Assembly (NCBI GenBank): GCA_043800975.1
Contig: JAZDMK010000325.1
Span: 4,001-68,000 of the forward strand
Origin: Bacteroidota bacterium
Lineage (GTDB): Bacteria; Bacteroidota; Bacteroidia; Bacteroidales; JAHJDW01
Reading direction: 5' to 3'
Length of the DNA stretch: 64,000 bases
Numbering within the stretch: position 1 is the first letter of the stretch; every line of letters starts with the position of its first letter. The notes beneath the pieces were generated by a model that was given only the letters and a program-made list of their open reading frames with translations, made no database searches and was not told the origin of the DNA. A program made the translations under genes and the position numbers. This document shows, in pieces, positions 61,305-64,000 of the stretch.

Positions 61305-61376
61305 GGCCCCGTAGTTCAACGGATAGAACGGAAGTTTCCTAAACTTTAGATGGCAGTTCGATTCTGCCCGGGGCTA
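61305..61376 (+). tRNA. tRNA-Arg (anticodon CCT)
   Basis: Hand-folded cloverleaf. Acceptor GGCCCCG/CGGGGCT (G1-U72 wobble), D-arm GTTC/GAAC, anticodon stem GAAGT/ACTTT with loop TTCCTAA, T-arm GGCAG-TTCGATT-CTGCC, discriminator A. No encoded CCA. Confidence 0.85.
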
Positions 61377-61518
61377 CTCTTGTTTTTTGTGGCTTTTGCA
61401 TGTGAACTGCATTTTGAAATCTACCCGTTAATCTTTATTAATAATCCTTTTGGTTTTATTACATATTTAAAAAACAAGATGTTTTTGCGTATCTTTACAC
61501 TTGTTAATTTGCTTCAAT

Positions 61519-63216
61519 ATGCGCAGAGGTTTTTTGTTTGCCTTTTTGTTTCTCCCGTTTATTTCTTGGGCGCAAATTCCTGTTGTTATTAATGAAGTAA
61601 TGGTTACACTTCCCGGAGGACGCGGCCCGAACTCCATGATTGATTATGATTCCTTAACCGGAAACACACCCCTCGACGACGCGCAATGGTTCGAACTGTA
61701 TAACCCCGACCCTTGTCATTCCTACGATATGGGTTGTTATGTGATTAGCTCAAACATGACAACAGGTGGTGTTTCAAACTATGGAATGTTTCCACTACCC
61801 GGTGGTACTGTTATTCCACCTTTGGGGCATTTGCTGGTAGGCGGGAACATGGTACCTCAAACGGATCTTAATATTTATCAGTTGACCAATCCTCACTTTT
61901 GTTCTTCAACACGCTGGTGGCTGAATGACAGCGCGGGTTGGGTAGGATTATTCAGTGATGGCGGAATTCCTGTTTCTGTGGTTTACTGGTCTGTTACCGG
62001 CTTGCCATCCGATCTTTACAATTATCCTTTGTTCAAAAATGATCTGTTAGCCGATCCTCAAAAATGCAGTTGTTGTACGGTTGGCTTCATTGAAGATCCT
62101 GCCAATACACCCGGTGTTGAATATGCAGGGCAAACCTTTCCCGGAAGTGGCCTCAGCCTTTCTCGTAAAATCGATGGAAGTTCAACATGGATTTCAGGCC
62201 CTGTTGGCGGAACACCCAAAGCCTGTAATGGTGGTATTGATAGCTGCTTCACCCGCGAACTTGTTTTTGCTTCTGACCCGCCCACTTGCCACAACGGAAA
62301 CGATGGAAGTCTTTCTGTAAGTATAGAAGAAAATGGAATCTCTCTTCAACCCTACACTTATCATTGGTCGAACAATAGTTTCAATGACACAATTATTAAT
62401 CTTTCGGCAGGATCGTATACGATCACTGTAAACGACATCTACGGTTGTCCGATAACTACATCGTATACGCTTCTTAACACTCCCGCATTAACAATTCCCG
62501 TTTCATCAAACAGTCCGGTGTGCCCGGGTGATACTATTTTTCTTTTTTCAAATTATTCCGCTCAGAATTATCAATGGAGTGGTCCTTCGGCATTCATTAG
62601 CAATGGAGCAAATCCGTATATTTTAAATTCCTCTTCTTCCCATACCGGAAACTACACATTAAGTATAACTGATAATGACGGATGCCCCGGAACAGCTCTG
62701 CTGACGGTATCTTTACAGCCCTTTCCGGATGATCTGTTTGCAAGTGATGCAACAATTTGCAAACATGAAACACTTATTTTAAAAGCACCTGACAACGGAA
62801 ATTTTCAGTATTCATGGTCGGTTCCATCAAGCAGTGCTCAGGCGGAAGTATATTCACCCAAAACACTTCTTGTTCAAAATCCATACTGGGTAACACTTAC
62901 CTTAACCGGATGCAAATCTATTACCGATTCTGTTCTGGTTACTGTTGAAGATTGTCCACTGGTTATTCCCAATGTTTTTACACCCAATGCGGATGGCTAC
63001 AATGATTTTTTTGTCATCAAAGATCTGGAACATTATCCCGGAAGTTCTTTGGTAATTTTTGAACGAGGCGGAAAAATTGTTTTTCGATCGGATGATTATC
63101 AGAATAACTGGGAGGCTGGAAAACATGCGGACGGCGTTTACTACTATGTGTTAAATGCTTTCAGCGGAAACGGAGAATATTTACCATATCGCGGAACTAT
63201 TACTTTATTAAAATAG
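61519..63216 (+). CDS. Surface protein with lamin-tail-like N-domain, SprB-like repeats and T9SS type B (gliding-motility C-terminal) sorting domain
   Basis: Start at MRRGFLFAFLFLPFISWAQ. VVINEVM...QWFELYNP (LTD-like), CHNGNDGSLSV (SprB-like). C-terminus IPNVFTPNADGYNDFFVIKDLEHYPGSSLVIFERGGKIVF. Confidence 0.75.
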   Translation: MRRGFLFAFLFLPFISWAQIPVVINEVMVTLPGGRGPNSMIDYDSLTGNTPLDDAQWFELYNPDPCHSYDMGCYVISSNMTTGGVSNYGMFPLPGGTVIPPLGHLLVGGNMVPQTDLNIYQLTNPHFCSSTRWWLNDSAGWVGLFSDGGIPVSVVYWSVTGLPSDLYNYPLFKNDLLADPQKCSCCTVGFIEDPANTPGVEYAGQTFPGSGLSLSRKIDGSSTWISGPVGGTPKACNGGIDSCFTRELVFASDPPTCHNGNDGSLSVSIEENGISLQPYTYHWSNNSFNDTIINLSAGSYTITVNDIYGCPITTSYTLLNTPALTIPVSSNSPVCPGDTIFLFSNYSAQNYQWSGPSAFISNGANPYILNSSSSHTGNYTLSITDNDGCPGTALLTVSLQPFPDDLFASDATICKHETLILKAPDNGNFQYSWSVPSSSAQAEVYSPKTLLVQNPYWVTLTLTGCKSITDSVLVTVEDCPLVIPNVFTPNADGYNDFFVIKDLEHYPGSSLVIFERGGKIVFRSDDYQNNWEAGKHADGVYYYVLNAFSGNGEYLPYRGTITLLK

Positions 63217-63223
63217 TTTTAAC

Positions 63224-64000
63224 ATGAAAAAAACACTGTTCTTTTTAATGACATTCGGCTCTTTTCAGGTTATCGCACAACCCGTCAACATCCGAATCAG
63301 TAGTCTGGCAAGTGATGATCCTGAAGAGGTAACCATTTCTGTCAATCCTCGAAACCCTCTGCAATTGGTGGCGGGAGCAAATCTCAATTATGTTTATTAT
63401 TCCAACGATGGTGGGATTACCTGGGTGGAAAATTATTTATCTTCCTCCTATGAAGTAGCCGGAGATCCTGTGGTAATGTTCGACTCCAGTGGGAATGCAT
63501 ACTATGCTCACCTCTCGGGAAGTACTTCCAACTGGCTGGACCGCATGGTGATTCAAAAATCAACAGATGGTGGTGTCACTTGGAATGACGGGGCTTTTAC
63601 AGGATTGAATATGCCTAAACAGCAGGACAAAGAATGGCTTATCTTTGACATGACTCAATCTCCTTACCGAAACAATGTTTATATCACCTGGACAGAATTT
63701 GATGAGTATGCAAGCACAAGCTCTATCGACAGCACGCGTATCCTATTTTCACGCTCTTCCGATTTCGGAAACACCTGGACTCCGGCCCTGCGCATAAACT
63801 CGAGAAGCGGCGACTGCATTGATGAAGACAACACGGTAGAAGGCGCTGTTCCCGCTGTTGGCCCAAATGGAGAAATTTATGTCAGCTGGGCCGGACCTCT
63901 TGGAATTGTATTCGATAAATCACTGGACGGAGGCAATACCTGGGGCGTTGATGTTCCCGTCGCCACCACCCCGGGCGGATGGGCTTTTAATATCAGCGGG
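63224..64000 (+). CDS. BNR/Asp-box repeat (sialidase-fold) secreted protein, C-terminus outside the window
   Basis: Hand translation gives MKKTLFFLMTFGSFQVIAQ followed by Asp-boxes SNDGGITW, STDGGVTW, SSDFGNTW, SLDGGNTW. The frame is open to the window edge. Confidence 0.7.
   Translation, partial: MKKTLFFLMTFGSFQVIAQPVNIRISSLASDDPEEVTISVNPRNPLQLVAGANLNYVYYSNDGGITWVENYLSSSYEVAGDPVVMFDSSGNAYYAHLSGSTSNWLDRMVIQKSTDGGVTWNDGAFTGLNMPKQQDKEWLIFDMTQSPYRNNVYITWTEFDEYASTSSIDSTRILFSRSSDFGNTWTPALRINSRSGDCIDEDNTVEGAVPAVGPNGEIYVSWAGPLGIVFDKSLDGGNTWGVDVPVATTPGGWAFNISG

Overview
AT-rich segment that looks like a Bacteroidota chromosome: T9SS C-terminal sorting domains, TonB-dependent receptor/DUF4249 pairs, LytS/LytTR and OmpR-type two-component systems, and many 1-8 nt overlapping gene junctions. 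All calls come from reading the sequence and ORF translations by eye; no searches were run. Left third (1-22.8 kb): a TPR protein, a 52-aa double-glycine-leader peptide missing from the ORF track, an ECF-like sigma/anti-sigma pair, a histidine kinase interrupted by an in-frame stop, and a 1728-aa T9SS protein. These are followed by a 1.5-kb hairpin-rich gene desert and a run of poorly characterised genes (amidohydrolase, Zn-phospholipase-C-like membrane protein, tail-fibre-like protein, clan-CD-like peptidase, small membrane proteins). Three recurring upstream sequence modules with fixed internal spacing link these genes. Middle (22.9-32.4 kb): a defence island holding a PsyrTA/ShosTA-like RecQ-PRTase + DprA pair, a MazG + GIY-YIG/DUF2075 pair, an HTH-fused m5C methyltransferase with a putative restriction enzyme, and a tight uncharacterised cassette of a UDG-superfamily protein, a 193-aa unknown and a 125-aa membrane protein. 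Next comes a compositionally odd patch (34-37 kb) with a second copy of a ~270-290 nt element showing compensatory helix changes, and a 9 x 42-bp tandem repeat. Right part: OmpR-type and LytS/LytTR two-component systems; 21-bp-phased direct-repeat boxes in front of four operons suggest a LytTR regulon (ASST-like T9SS protein, two TonB receptor/DUF4249 pairs). It also holds a TolC/MacAB-type efflux operon, an AbiE toxin-antitoxin pair next to tRNA-Arg(CCU), and two more secreted proteins. The most novel-looking items are the two-copy structured element, the conserved ~33-75 nt leader module placed 19-21 nt before four start codons, the UDG-like three-gene cassette, and the amidohydrolase/PLC-like/beta-sandwich cassette.
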